From positions 11,222,001-11,286,000 of the forward strand of contig NW_027139442.1 of NCBI RefSeq assembly GCF_035084215.1: 64,000 nucleotides of DNA, read 5' to 3'. Under the pieces are notes generated by a model. It was not told the DNA's origin. It saw only the letters and a program-made list of their open reading frames with translations, and made no database searches. This stretch comes from Heptranchias perlo (lineage: Eukaryota). The position numbers and the translations under genes were made by a program. Of the stretch, positions 11,320-24,420 are shown one piece after another. The stretch's first letter is position 1, and the number at the start of each line of letters is the position of its first letter.

Positions 11320-11710
11320 CCCCATGAACGCCAATCGTGCCTGAAGTCGGAGGAGCTGTTGACCGGACCGGCCTCACTGCGCCATTCCAAGGCTCCGGAG
11401 CCCAGGCCATTTCCAGATGCGGACCCTCCCTCTGTCGGTCTCGACCCCACCCACAGCAGCGGCCCTCCGACCGCCGACCCGAGGCCGCCATCATAATCCT
11501 CCCGGGACGCGCCTGTTGCTAAAGCAACGCGGCACAGGGACCGCGCGGCGTCCCTCGGGCGGAGATGCATGTACGCATCGCGATGTCAGCGCGCAAAGGT
11601 GAGAGACGGTACCGCGTGTCACGTGATAGGAGGAGTCAGCCCAGGACGCAGGCGGGCGGAGGTGAGGGCTGTCATTCAAAGGGCCCGGAGTCAGCACTCA
11701 CTGCGCACAG
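11320..11710. promoter_or_regulatory. CpG-island promoter-like region
   Basis: High CpG density; RFX-type palindrome GTTGCTAAAGCAAC (~11515-11528), E-box GTCACGTGA (~11618), GC box GGCGGGCGG (~11651), YY1-like ATGGCGGC on the minus strand (~11484-11491). Confidence 0.6.
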
Positions 11711-12189
11711 GGTTTGGAGAATTTGTTCAAAAAAAAGAAATAGAAATGTACAAAAAAGTGGATAATGTCCAAACTCACATAAGGCTAATGGTCTGGGTCC
11801 TCCTGTCACTCTCAATCTTCTCTACCTGGGGCACAGAATGAGCAGAATGCTTGAATATATATTTTTTAATGCAGAGGGGGCTGGATGTATGGAATGGACC
11901 AGCAAGGGAGGCAGTGGGGCCTGATTGTATCAGCAAATTCCACAGAGTTGGGAAAGTACCTGATAGCGCTACCTTGGGATATGACAGCCTAGAAATTGGG
12001 ATCTTTCATTCATTTTTTACACTTGTGCACTTATTTTTATTGATTGCTGTACCTGGACACGCAAACCCCTCTGCTCCTCCACAGTCCCTCGTTTCTCACC
12101 CTTAAGAAAATACTCCCTATTTCAAACCTGATGCCTGCAATAAATGATATTTGTATAACTTCCAACATCTTTACGATAAGAACTGGAAC

Positions 12190-12655
12190 TTTTTTTTTAA
12201 TATTTCAAAAAATACTTTATCTCATAAAATTCATGAATAGACACAGTGCAATGTAAATATTACAATTACAATTCAAAACAAATACAATACACATCATACG
12301 ATTCCATTATTACAAGTCAAAACACATTAAATTTCTTCTAACACATGCTGTACAATACAAGGTGGGATAGCCTTACACGGTTGCCTTTCCCCATAAAGCC
12401 TTTGTGTAGGCCGCACCTCGCTTCAGTGTGCACCTCAGCATGAAATACTGGACCTTGGATTGTGCCAGTGGCCAACACTTGGCCGCGGAGAGTTCCCTCG
12501 GCTGGTAGACCTGCAGGTTTCGGGGGAACAAAAGGCCTCCTTGACCGAATTGATGGTCTTCCAGCAGCTGTTGATATCTGTCTCGTTGTGCATCTTGGAC
12601 AACTGCCCATAGAGGACAGCGACCTGTGTTACCGAGCTGTTGGGGATAAACTCCT
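12190..12655 (-). mobile_element. Tx1/L1-clade LINE 3' fragment
   Basis: Minus strand encodes FIPNSSVTQVAVLYG...ETDINSCWKTINSVKEA and LAQSKVQYFMLRCTLKRGAAYTKALWGKATV*, resembling Tx1-type ORF2 ends, followed by an A-rich tail. Confidence 0.7.
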
Positions 12656-12810
12656 CTTCGACACCACGGTATAGGGATTCAGTCTCCGTGGAGGGGGTTT
12701 TCAGCTTTTACCTGAATACACGGATCCATTCGCCCACATTCATGTTAGTGTTTGGCAAACACTGTCTGATGTCTTTCACACACCTGTCGAACCTTGCGGT
12801 CAGAGACGTA

Positions 12811-12938
12811 GGGGGTAATTTCACCTTCACATCTTGGGCGGTAAACTGACGGAGCAAAAATTAAAATCGGGCCGATTCTGCAAGGGGCGGGTGAATCGCT
12901 CTACCAGTTCAGTTCCCAGTGATGGTGAAAATTTCCCT
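12811..12938. mobile_element. Short imperfect palindrome, possible MITE
   Basis: Ends GGGGGTAATTTCACC ... GGTGAAAATTTCCCTC are imperfect inverted repeats with further internal complementarity. Confidence 0.35.
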
Positions 12939-15169
12939 CCACCTGTTATGAACCGATGCAATTTGAGAAAATGGACCAGCTTGTGGGCTTCGAAGATTGA
13001 TTCTAGCGCGTAGGTTAGGAAAGGTGTGGCCGATTTTAAGTATCCTCGCCTGGCGGAAATGGGGTGGTCGAGGCTTGTAAATGATATCAGGTTACTTACC
13101 GCCCCTTTAACACTGGCGTTCCTGCCTCCACCATCGTTGGGTCATGTCCTGGGAAGAGCGGCCCGAGCAACACCCACCTGTTTCCGGTCAGGCCACGTGT
13201 AATATGTAAATCAGATTATTATGACGTACAGGGGAAACCATTTAATGTTGGTTAAAAATGGGTGGAGGAGCCGCCCTTTCGATGGGCATTGAGTGGTCCA
13301 GAACACTGAGAAGTTTCTTTTTAACAGATATTTTGTGGGCCAAGGAGGAGCAGGAGAGCTTTCCCTTGGTCTGCTCGAGCCGTGTGAAATCTCCCGCCCC
13401 CTGATCGTCTCAGAAATGTATCAGGAGGTTTCCTTATAGATCTCTGGAACCAGGTCCAGCCTCATGTCCCATTAAACTCCCTGTTGTGAGTAAACATTGC
13501 TGCACAACAGCTCAGAGAGGAAACGATCTCCGGAACTCCCCACTGGAGTTAGAAATTACATTAATATTTTACCAGTTAGTAACGGTCCGGGTGTTGGTCC
13601 GTTATTATTCTGTTCTGGTCAAAACAAATGTCCCAATAAACAGGACGCTGTCTGACCCTGACAGCTCACCCTCAGTCCATCCCACCGGGCAGTGTGTGTG
13701 ATGGGAAATAATCATCAACCGAAAAGGAGTATTTGATTTTATTCATTACAGGATTAAACATTTAATATTGAAATCATATTATTTCCCGACTAAGAACAGC
13801 AAACCATTTCATGTTAGAATCAAATCTTGTATTATTTCTCAAAAAGCATTTGTTGGATAAAATATAATTCCTGTCTGGTATTTCCAAATTTATTTGAAGT
13901 ATTGGATTGATATCAGTTACTTCAGTGAACTCATTGGTGTCAATGGATAGTAAAATCAGGCGTAGTGAACAATGGGGTCCCAATCCGCTATCGCCGACTT
14001 ACTCCACCGCCAAAGCGGAAAATCCACTCTCATTCAGCAGTTTACAAAAATCTTATTCCAGCTGATTTGTAGAATCTCATGTGTTGGGGTTTGAATTGTG
14101 AAGCGGATTTTCTCCGCCAGTTTTACCGTCTCACAGAGACTCTCACCCTGAATCTGTGAAAAGGTTATGACCATGAACTGGGACTGGAGCCGAACACATC
14201 CCCAGTTACGGTGTGGCCTGGACACCCCATTCTCTCTGTTTTATATCAGACAGTATTCCACCTTCAAAAACAGCACTCGAGAGAGAAAGCGAGACACACA
14301 CTGTCAGTCTTACACTTCCTATCAGTATGTTCATAACACGGTTAATAGCAGTATCCAACCTTCATATACAGCACCGGAGAGTGAGAGAGAAAGGGAGACA
14401 GATACTGTGACAGAACGAGCGGAGAGGCACAGTGCAACAGTATCAGTTCCAGACTGACTTGTAAAGTTGCGTTTTATCCAGAAATTCCCGTTGTAGAGAC
14501 AGAAGATGCAGTCTTGTCTCTCACTGATATACCAGAGACGGACACACTATTCATCCCACACTCAGGGACAGTGCAGAGAGTGACCAAAACAATGTGGGCC
14601 GAATTTAACCCTCTCTTGCCTGTTGTACTACATTCGGTTTTGCAGATCAGGGCCGTTCGCTATTACTCTCAGTGACCGAGAGTTTCAATCTGATTATATT
14701 AATATGGGACTGTTGCTGTCAGATATTAATCCTACACGCTCCCAGCAAATACACGGACTCCGACTTTCATCCCATTTTTCTCCAGGATTGGTTTGAGAAA
14801 TCCTGCATCCAGTTTCGGAGTCACACGTTAATTAATGGTTAATGGGGCCAAAAATGAACAGAATCCATTGGCTCTTTTCAAAACGTCCCACTTTATCTAT
14901 GAAAGACTATTACCATCAAAAGATACCGAGAGAAACAGCAGGGATGGAAACATCGAGTTTAATAGTTAGAGATTGTAAAGTCAGTCTGGATTCCAGCGTT
15001 CGGCACTGGTGGAATCCCATCTGTTTCCCATTCTGGTGCCTGTTCCTGCACTGCCTGTGGACCCCATTCCCTCTGACCTTTCCCCCAGTCCCACTTCCTT
15101 TGCTCAGACTCTGAAAAATTCCAATTGGAGAAAGTTTCCATCGATTTTTGTATTGGGAATTAAACCAGA

Positions 15170-15295
15170 TATCTGCGCATGCGTGACTCAGCGCCGCCCC
15201 CCGCGCTGCTTGTTGGTGAGCGGAAGAGCGCATGCGCGATCCCCTCCCCCTGCTCGGCCTATTGGGGCCATTCCCTCAGTGAGCGGAAGAAGATG
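15170..15295 (+). promoter_or_regulatory. NRF1/ETS-type GC-rich promoter, copy 1
   Basis: TGCGCATGCG and GCGCATGCGC (NRF1 consensus), two GCGGAAG (ETS/GABP), TGACTCA, GC box; duplicated at 34625-34750. Confidence 0.65.
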
Positions 15296-16330
15296 GTTTA
15301 AAACAGCCGAGAATGGAGTGATCACGGCCCCCGGGGGAAGGGAGCAAAGAGCAGCCTCGTTACAGCAGCTCATCGCTTCGGGACCGTGTCCGCAGATGGA
15401 CTCAGAGATCGGTATTGAGTCCGGGGGAACGTCAGGGGAAGTCCGGGGGCTTTTCATAAGAGGCGGAATGGATCAGGAACTTGTCCCGGAACATGGAGTG
15501 AGAGGGGGAAGGGAGAGGTCATTCTCGGGCTGTGGGTGTACAGGGTGTGTCCAGGGGAAGGGAGACAGAATGGGAAGAAACTGCTATTTAAAATCATTGC
15601 TGCTTTCTCTCCCCAGACCAGTAGTGAATGTTCCAGGTTTAGTTCCAGTCTCACCCTGTTTGTTGTTTTTGGAGAGTGAAGATTGGAAACAGAGTCGGAC
15701 AGTAATGATGTGTGGACTTATACAAAGAGCATCTATTGAAGGCACCAGGTGAGAAGTGTGAAGGACACAATTTAAACAACTGCTGTTATATTTCTGTTGA
15801 AAGGTTATTCTCCTGGGAGAGGGAATTAGAAACCTGACCTGTACAAAGTCCCCGCCCCATCGGGTAGTCCCATTCATGGATCAGTGCAGGGGTTGGGTTG
15901 AGTCTGGATGTCACTAAATTGTTGTAAAACAGCCCAACACACCTGGTGTGCAGAAGCTGAGTGCTGCAGTACTGCAGTGGAGTCAGACACTGACACTCTT
16001 TGTATCGCTGATTTACATAATTATCATTAACAGAGCTATTAAACTTATCACTTTTGTATTTTCTACCTCACTGGTTCTCGAGTTACAACAGTTACTTTTT
16101 TCTTCTGACAGAAAAATACTTGAAGGGCCAAGAATAAATGTGATGCTTCCTCCATCCTAGGCACAAGGAACAGTGCAGCCAGCTCCTCCTCACACACAGT
16201 AGGTACGTTATCATTCACGGAGACACAGACAGGTCATCAGTTCCACAGTCTCAGACAGCAGAAGCAGTCAGTCACAAACTGATCCCAATATCCGGAGGCA
16301 CATTTTCAATCCAACACGGAAACAGAGCAG
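15295..16330 (+). other. Unidentified spliced unit, copy 1 (candidate exons ~15295-15411, 15617-15748, 16112-16330)
   Basis: Acceptors CTTTCTCTCCCCAG| and TTTTTTCTTCTGACAG|, donors CAG|GTGAGA and CAG|GTGAGG; in-frame TAG at 16158. Confidence 0.5.
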
Positions 16331-16399
16331 GTGAGGCAGACGCTGTTTCCATTTCCCCCTAACTCAGTACCACTGACAGGTAGATACAAAAATCCCAGT

Positions 16400-19300
16400 C
16401 CAAAATCATGCTTTAAGATTGTCAATCCCACAGTAGGTTAACAGTAGCTACGAATTAAATACCAGATAGTAATCACACATGGTGCCCGATTGAAAGGTAC
16501 GGAATGAATTGCAATAATTTAACCCGAGATTCAAATTGAATACTTGACCAGAACTCTCACACACATGTGAGTTTAATACATGTCGTATCCATTCGAATAG
16601 TGTAGCATGAGATACAAATTGCATACTGGTCCAAAACTCTCATCCAGTGTCAGATTGAGAAATGCTGTGACAGCGTAACATGAGAAACAAATTAGATATC
16701 AGTTTATAATGCAATCATGGTATGAGATTTAAAGATACAGTATTAATTCTATTAGTGCAGACTGAGATACACATTACACAGCAGTCCAAAAATGTAATCA
16801 TATCAGTTTGAAAGATACATTATCATTCAAATTTGTGTTCAGAGATACAGATTTAATCATAGTCCAAAAAGCACACAAATTATCTGATTAAAATCCTCCA
16901 GCATCTTATCCGAAAGTGCATCCATATTTACAAATTAAATAATGAGAAAAACTATTTAAACATTAAGATATTAAAGCTAAATTATTGAACGCTATAATAC
17001 AAACAGAGAGAATAATTTTACAGACACAGAATGAATCCCACACTCGCAAACCGTACCAGAGACTGAGACATGCAGAAGGAATCTCAAACTCACATACAAT
17101 ACCAGAGACTGACAGATACAAAAAGTGAATCCCACACTCACACACAGCACCAGAGACTGACAGGTAAAGTATGAATCCCACACTCACACAAGCTACCTGA
17201 GACTGAGATACAGAAAGAATCCCAAACTAACCTACAGTATGAGAAACTGCATATGTGGAAATAATACAACACACACACACAGCACTAGAGAAGGTATATA
17301 CAGACAGAAACCCACACACAGTACCAGAGAAGGTATATACAGAGTGAATCCCACACACAGTACCAGAGAAGGTATATACAGAGTGAATCCCACACACAGT
17401 ACTAGAGAAGGTATATACAGAGTGAATCCCACACACAGTTCTAGAGAAGGTATATACAGAGTAAATCCCACAGACAGCACGAGAGAAGGTGTATACAGAA
17501 TGAATCCCACACACAGCACTAGAGAAGGTGTATACAGAATGAATCCCACACACAGCACTAGAGAAGGTATATACAGAATGAATCCCACACACATTACAAG
17601 AGATGGTATATACAGAATGAATCCCACACACAGTACTGGAGAAGGTATATACAGAGTGAATCCCACACACAGTACTGGAGAAGGTATATACAGAGTGAAT
17701 CCCACATACAGTACTGGAGAAGGTATATACAGAGTGAATCCCACACACAGTAATAGAGAAGGTATATACAGATTGAATCCCACACACAGTAATAGAGAAG
17801 GATAATACAGAGTGAATACCACACACAGTAATAGAATAGGTATGTACAGAATGAATGCCACACATAGTACCAGAGAAGGTATATACAGAGAGAATCCTGC
17901 ACACAGTACCAGTAAAGGTATATACAGTATAATTTCCACACACAGTACCAGAGAAGGTGTATACAGACTGAATGCCACACACAGTACTAGAGAAGGTATA
18001 TACAGAGTGAATCCCACACACAGTACTAGAGAAGGTATATACAGAATGAATCCCACACACAGTACTAGAGAAGGTATATACAGAGTGAATCCCACACACA
18101 GTACTAGAGAAGGTATATGCAGAGTGAATCCCACTCACAGTACTAGAGAAGGTATATACAGAGTGAATCCCACACACAGTACTAGAGAAGGTATATACAG
18201 AGTGAATCCCACACACATTACTAGAGAAGGTATATACAGCATGAATCCCACACACAGTACTAGAGAAGGTATATACAGAGTGAATCCCACACACAGTACT
18301 AGAGAAGGTATATACAGAATGAATCCCACTCACAGTACTAGAGAAGATATATACAGAGTGAATCCTGCACTCACATAGAGTACCAGAGTGTGACAGATAC
18401 AGAATCTATCCCACAATCACACACAGTACCAGAGACTGAGAGATCCCAAATGAATCTCACAGTCACCTACATTAGTACAGGCTGATTTACACTTAACATA
18501 CCAGACCAAATATCTCATAATGTCAGATTGAAAGATACATTATCAATTCCATTGGTGCAGACTGATCTACACATTACATATCACTACAAAAAAACTGACA
18601 CAGATTCAGACTGAAATATACAGTATTCCATTCACACAGACTGAGCTACACATTATATACAAGTTCAAAAATGTCACCATATCAGTTTGGAAGACACACC
18701 AAATCACAATTGTGTTTCCATCGATACAGATTTAATAGAATTCCAAAAAGTGCCCACATTCTCTGATTATAACCTGCAACATTACATTTTGAAGTGTATC
18801 AGTATCTACCAATAAAAGATTGGGGAACATATTCATACATTAAGGTATTAAAGTACAGTTTTGAATGCCGTACAATAAACGGAGATACAATTTACTTAAA
18901 TATAATGAATGAAGCTCACACTCAGATACAGTGCCAGAGACTGACATGTACAATGAATCCCATGCTCACACAACGTACCAGTGACTGGCAGATCCAGAGT
19001 GAATGCCGCACTCACACACTGTGGTACAGACTGACAGATACAGAATTTATATCACTCACATACTGTATCAGAAATTAAGAGGTATGGAATGAATATCTCA
19101 CTCACTTACAGCACCAGATACAAACAGAAACAGAATGAATCACTCATACACGCGCGCGCGCGCGCGCGCACACACACACACACACAACCAGAGACTGATA
19201 GGAACACAATTAATCCCACACTCACATACAGTACCAGTGATTGAGAGATACAGAATGAATCCCACACTCGCACACAGTACCAGAGACTGACAGATACAGA

Positions 19301-20830
19301 ATGAATCCCACACTCAAACACAGAACCAGAGACTGACAGATACAGAATGAACCCCACACCCACACACAGTACCAGAGATTGACAGATACAGACTGAATCC
19401 CACACTCACACACAATACCAGGGACTGAGAGATAAAGAATTAATCACACACTCACACACAGTACCACCGATTGACAGACACAGAATTAATCTCACAGTCA
19501 TGTTACTGCAGACTGAGTTGCACATCAGATACCAGTCCAAAAACCTCATAGTGTCTGATTGAAAGATGCAGCATCAATTCCATTAGTGCAGACTGAGCTA
19601 CATTTTATATACATTGCAAAATACTCATACAGTATTATACTGAAACATACAGTATCAATACCATTGGTACAGACTGAGCTACACGTTACACACAAGTCCA
19701 AAAACCTCATAAATGATCAGACTGGAAGATGTAGTTTCAATTCTATTATCACAGACTGAGACACAGATTACATGGCAGTCCAACAATCTCATAAATGATG
19801 ACTGGAAGATACAGTATCAATTCTATTAGCACAGACTGAACTACAGATTACGTATCAGTCCGAAAATCTCATACAATATTAGGCTGAAAGATACAGTATC
19901 AATTTCATTAGTGCAGACTGAACCACACATGATATAGCAGTCCAAGAATCTCAAAGAGTATCAGACTCAAAGATACAATATCAATTCCATTAGCACAGAC
20001 TGAGGTACATGTGACACACCAGTCCAAAAATCTCATAGAATATCACATTGAAAGATTCAGTATCACTTCCATCAGTGCAGACTGAGCTACATCTCACATT
20101 CCAGGCCAAAAATCTCATACAGTATCAGACTGATGGAGACAGTATCCACTCCTTTAGTGCAGGATGAGCTACATTTAATACCAGTTCAAAAATCTCATAC
20201 AGTGTTCGACTCAGATACAGAATTAATTCCATCAGTGCAGACTGAGCTGCACACTACATACCAGTCCAATAATTTCACTGTGAACAGATTGAAAGGTACA
20301 TTATCATTCACAATAGAGTTCAGAGATTAAGATGTGATCCCACTCCAAAACTCACACACGTTGTTTGATTGAAGAAAATTAATATTTACAGATTAAATAC
20401 ACGATGAAGAACTATATCATTTAAAGTGTTAAAGATACAGTTTCAAATACAATGCTGTAAACTGAAATAAGAATACAGAATGAATCCAGACTTGCACATT
20501 GTCTCAGAGACTGAATTACAGAATGAATCCCAAACTGAGATAAAGCAGCAGAGAATGGCAGATACAGAATGTATCCCACACTCAGATGCAACACCAGAGA
20601 TTTACAGATACAGAATGTATCCCACACTCAGATACAACACCAGAGATTGACAGTTGCAGAGTTAATTCCACACTCACACATAGTACCAGAGACTGACTGA
20701 TACAGAATGAACCCATCACTTATATGCAGTACCTGAAACTGACAGATGCAGAATATACCCCATGCTCACACTCAAAAACAGAGTCTGACAGATGCAGAAT
20801 AAACCCCACCAGACACAGTTCCAGAGACTG
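16400..20830 (+). repeat. Composite satellite block (46-bp and 82-bp units, plus a 39-bp sub-array)
   Basis: 46-mer CAGTACCAGAGACTGACAGATACAGAATGAATCCCACACTCACACA and 82-mer ...CAGACTGAAAGATACAGTATCAATTCCATTAGTGCAGACTGAGCTACAC... in alternating runs. Confidence 0.9.
17275..18370 (+). repeat. Homogeneous 39-bp minisatellite, about 28 copies
   Basis: CACAGTACTAGAGAAGGTATATACAGAGTGAATCCCACA units. Confidence 0.95.
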
Positions 20831-21349
20831 ACCTCTACTGGACGTAAGCGAGAACTGTAAAAGAGCGGAACCAATTCACATTTCCTGTCGTGGTTACAGA
20901 AACAGGACAATGTGCAATGTGAGGAAAGTTTCTGTCTGTAACTTTTATTCTCGTATTTTTGCAAATTTTGATAGTGAAAAATGAAGTCAATTGATTCATA
21001 ATAATTTTTTTGTTTTACTCATTCGATAGTTGTGAATTTGACCCATTATTTTTCACTTACATTGTGCAGTATTTCTCTCTAATTTCTCAGGATGATTTAC
21101 ATTGCTCCTCTGTCCCGTTTAGACTCTTAATTTCCAAGCAGTATGTGGCCTCCTTAATCCCCCTGGCAAAATGCACCAGCTCACACCTTTCTATATTGAA
21201 ATTCAATGGCCATTTACACGGCCGTTCTGCAAGCTGATTTTGTCGTAGTCTTCCTCGATATAGACAATATACCCGAAATTAATTACAAGAATTTAAAACA
21301 ACGTTGCAAGTAGTGTTTGGTCCAACAGCTCGTCTCCATTCCCAGTTTT

Positions 21350-22220
21350 TCTAAATCCCACTCGTGCAATATAATGTGAAGAATGAGTTGATCTTCTGTC
21401 CCTCTCTCATCTGATAAACTTCAATGATCCGGGATTTGGGGACATCTACTGGCCGGAAGCAGAACTGCAACAGTTCGGAACAAATTGCTGAAACCGGACA
21501 ATGTGCAGTGTGAGCGTGTTTGTGATTGGTGCCAGGTACTAAATCAGATTTTTTTTCTACCTGCCCTGTTTGTGATTGAACAGTAAACAGAGCCGGACAG
21601 TAAGGATGTGGGGAGTTATACAAAGAGCATCTATTGCAGGCATCATGTGAGAAATATGAAGGACACATTTTAAACAGCGGCTCTGTGGTTTTGGTTGAAC
21701 TGTTAGCCCCATCATGGAGAGGGGATTAGAAGCCTGACCTGTGCAAAGGTCCCCGCCCCATCGGGTCGTCCCATTCATGGATCAGCGAAGGTGTTGGATT
21801 GTGTCTGGATGTCACTAAATTGTTGTAAAACAGCCCAACACACCTGGTGTACAGAAGCTGAGTGCTGCAGTACTGCAGTGGAGTCAGACACTGACACTGT
21901 TTGTATCACTGGTTTTCATTTGTGGATATTACAATGATTATTAACAGAGAGATTCAATTGATCACTTTTGTATTTTCTACCTGACCTGTTCTTGAGTTAC
22001 AAGACTTAATTTCTCTTTCTACAGGCAAATACTTGAAGGACCCAGAATCAGTGTGATGTTTCCTCCGCAAGGAACAGTGCAGCCTGCTCCTTCTCACACA
22101 CAGTATGTACATTATCACTCACAGAGCACAGAGACACAGACAAGTCATCAGTTCCACAGTCTCACACAGCAGAAATAGTCAGTCCCACACTGATCCCAAT
22201 CCAACAGTCAAACAGAGCAG
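21350..22220 (+). other. Chimeric copy: H2B upstream region fused to exon 2/3 of the unidentified unit
   Basis: 21350-21550 matches 26480-26680; 21580-22220 matches 15690-16330, with deletions and a lost final donor. Confidence 0.75.
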
Positions 22221-22269
22221 GAGAGACAGACGGAATTTCCATTTCTAAACAACTCAGTACCGCTGACCG

Positions 22270-24420
22270 GCAGATAAATAATTCCCAGTCCAAAATCACA
22301 CCCAGTATCAGATTGAAAGGCATTGTGTTAATCTCACATTAGTTCAGCCTTAGCTACAAATTAAATACCAGTTAGAACTGACACATGGGACCGATTGATA
22401 GATACAGAATGAATCACAATAGTGTACCCCGAGATTCAAATTAAATACCAGCCCACAACTCACACACATTATGAGTTTAAAGATGCAGTATTCATGCCAA
22501 TAGTGTACACTGAGATACAAATTAGATACCAGTTCAGATGTTACCCATATTTGACTCACATATATGTCCACAGACTTCATAGTGTCAGAATGAAATGTAC
22601 AGTGTCAATTCCTTTACTGCAGACTGAGGTACACATTAGATACCAGTCCAAAATTCTCATACAGTATCAGATTGAAAGATACAATATCAATTCCATTAAT
22701 ACAGATTGAGCTGCTCATTATATACCAGTGCAAAATTCACATGCAGAATCGTACTGAAATATACAGTTTCAATTCCTTTACAGCAGACTGAGGTACACAG
22801 TAGATGCCAGTCCAGAAATCACATTCAGTGTCAGACTGAAAGACACAGTTTCGATTTGACTCGTATCGACTGACCCACACTTTACATGCCAGTATACAAA
22901 TCTCACACAGTATCAGACTGAAAGATACAGTATCAATCCCATTAGTGCAGACTGAGCGACACATCATATACTGGTCTAAAAATCTCAGTGACAGGTTGAA
23001 AGATACAGTATTAATTCCAACAGTGCAGATTGAGCGACACATTATATATGGTCCAAAATTCGAATACAGTATCGTAATGAAAGATACAGTATCAATTTCA
23101 TTACTGCAGACTGAGGTACACATTTGTTACCAGTCCAAAATTCTCATACAGTATCAGATTGAAAGATGCATTATCAATTCCATTAGTGCAGACTGAGCTA
23201 CACATTACATAGAGTCCAAAAATCACATTCAGGGTCATGCTGAAAGATACAGTATCAATCCCAGTATTGCAGACTGAGCCACACCTTACAAACCAATCAA
23301 AATATATTACACGGTATTAGACTGAAAGGCACAGTACGAATTCCATTAGTACAGACCCAGCTACATATTGTATGCAGTCCAAAATTCGTATATACATATT
23401 ATCATATTGAAACATACAGTCTGAATCCTATTAGTGTAGACGAAGCTACACATTGCAAACGATTCCAATAATTACTTCAAACTCATGCTGAAAGGTATGG
23501 CATCAATTCCATTATTGCGGACTGAGTTATTCCTGACATACCAGTCCAAATATAGCACAAAGTGTCAGCCTGAAAGATAAAGTATCAATTCCATTAGCGC
23601 AGACTGAGCTACACAATAAATACCAGATCAATAATTTCACGGTAAAATATCGAAATATACATTATCATTTGCAATAGTCTTTCAAGAGATTAAGATGTAA
23701 TCCTACACCAAACCTCACACATTGTTTGATTGAAACAAAATACAGAAGTGTATCCATATTTAAAAAATAATGCTGGACAAAGGACCGTGCAAACATTAAT
23801 GAAGTAAAGATACAGTTTCAAGTAACATGCTGTATCCTGAAATAAGAATACAGAACGAATCCAGACTTGCACTTTGTCCCAGAGACTGAGTTACAGAATG
23901 AATCCCACACTGAGATAAAATTCCAGAGACTTCCAGTCACAGAATGAATCCAACACTCACAGACAGCACCAGAGACTGACAGATACAGAATTGATCCCAC
24001 ACTCACACAAAGTACCAGAGACTGACAAATTCAGAATGAATCAAACACTCACATACAGTACCAGAGAATGACAGATACAGAATGAATCCCACACTCACAC
24101 ACAGTACCAGAGACTGACAAATTCAGAATTGATCCCACACTCACACAAAGTACCGGAGACTGACAAATTCAGTATTAATCCCACACTCACACAAAGTACC
24201 AGAGACTGACAGGTACAGAACGAATCCCACACTCACACAAAGTACCAGAGACTGACAGATACAGAATGGATCCCACACTCACACAAAGTACCAGAGACTG
24301 ACAAATTCAGAATGAATCAAACACTCACATACAGTACCAGAGAATGACAGATAGAGAATTAATCTCACACTCACAGACAGTACTGGAGGCTGACAGATAC
24401 AGAATGAATATACAGTCTGA
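22270..24420 (+). repeat. Composite 82-bp then 46-bp satellite block
   Basis: Same units as 16400-20830. Confidence 0.9.

Noticed and set aside
10553-11570. Pro/Gly/Arg-rich ORFs of 220-307 aa
   Set aside because: GC-rich minisatellite open in many frames on both strands; no domain features.
12985-13420. Possible non-autonomous DNA transposon remnant
   Set aside because: GC-rich and repeat-like, but I could not identify terminal inverted repeats or coding motifs.
15009-15752. 247-aa unspliced ORF (188 aa in the paralog)
   Set aside because: It runs through promoter motifs and a putative intron, starts at a non-ATG codon, and its frame is broken in the paralog.
17227-18378. Long ORFs on both strands (368, 300 and 188 aa)
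   Set aside because: Artefact of a 39-bp (13-codon) tandem repeat lacking stops in several frames.
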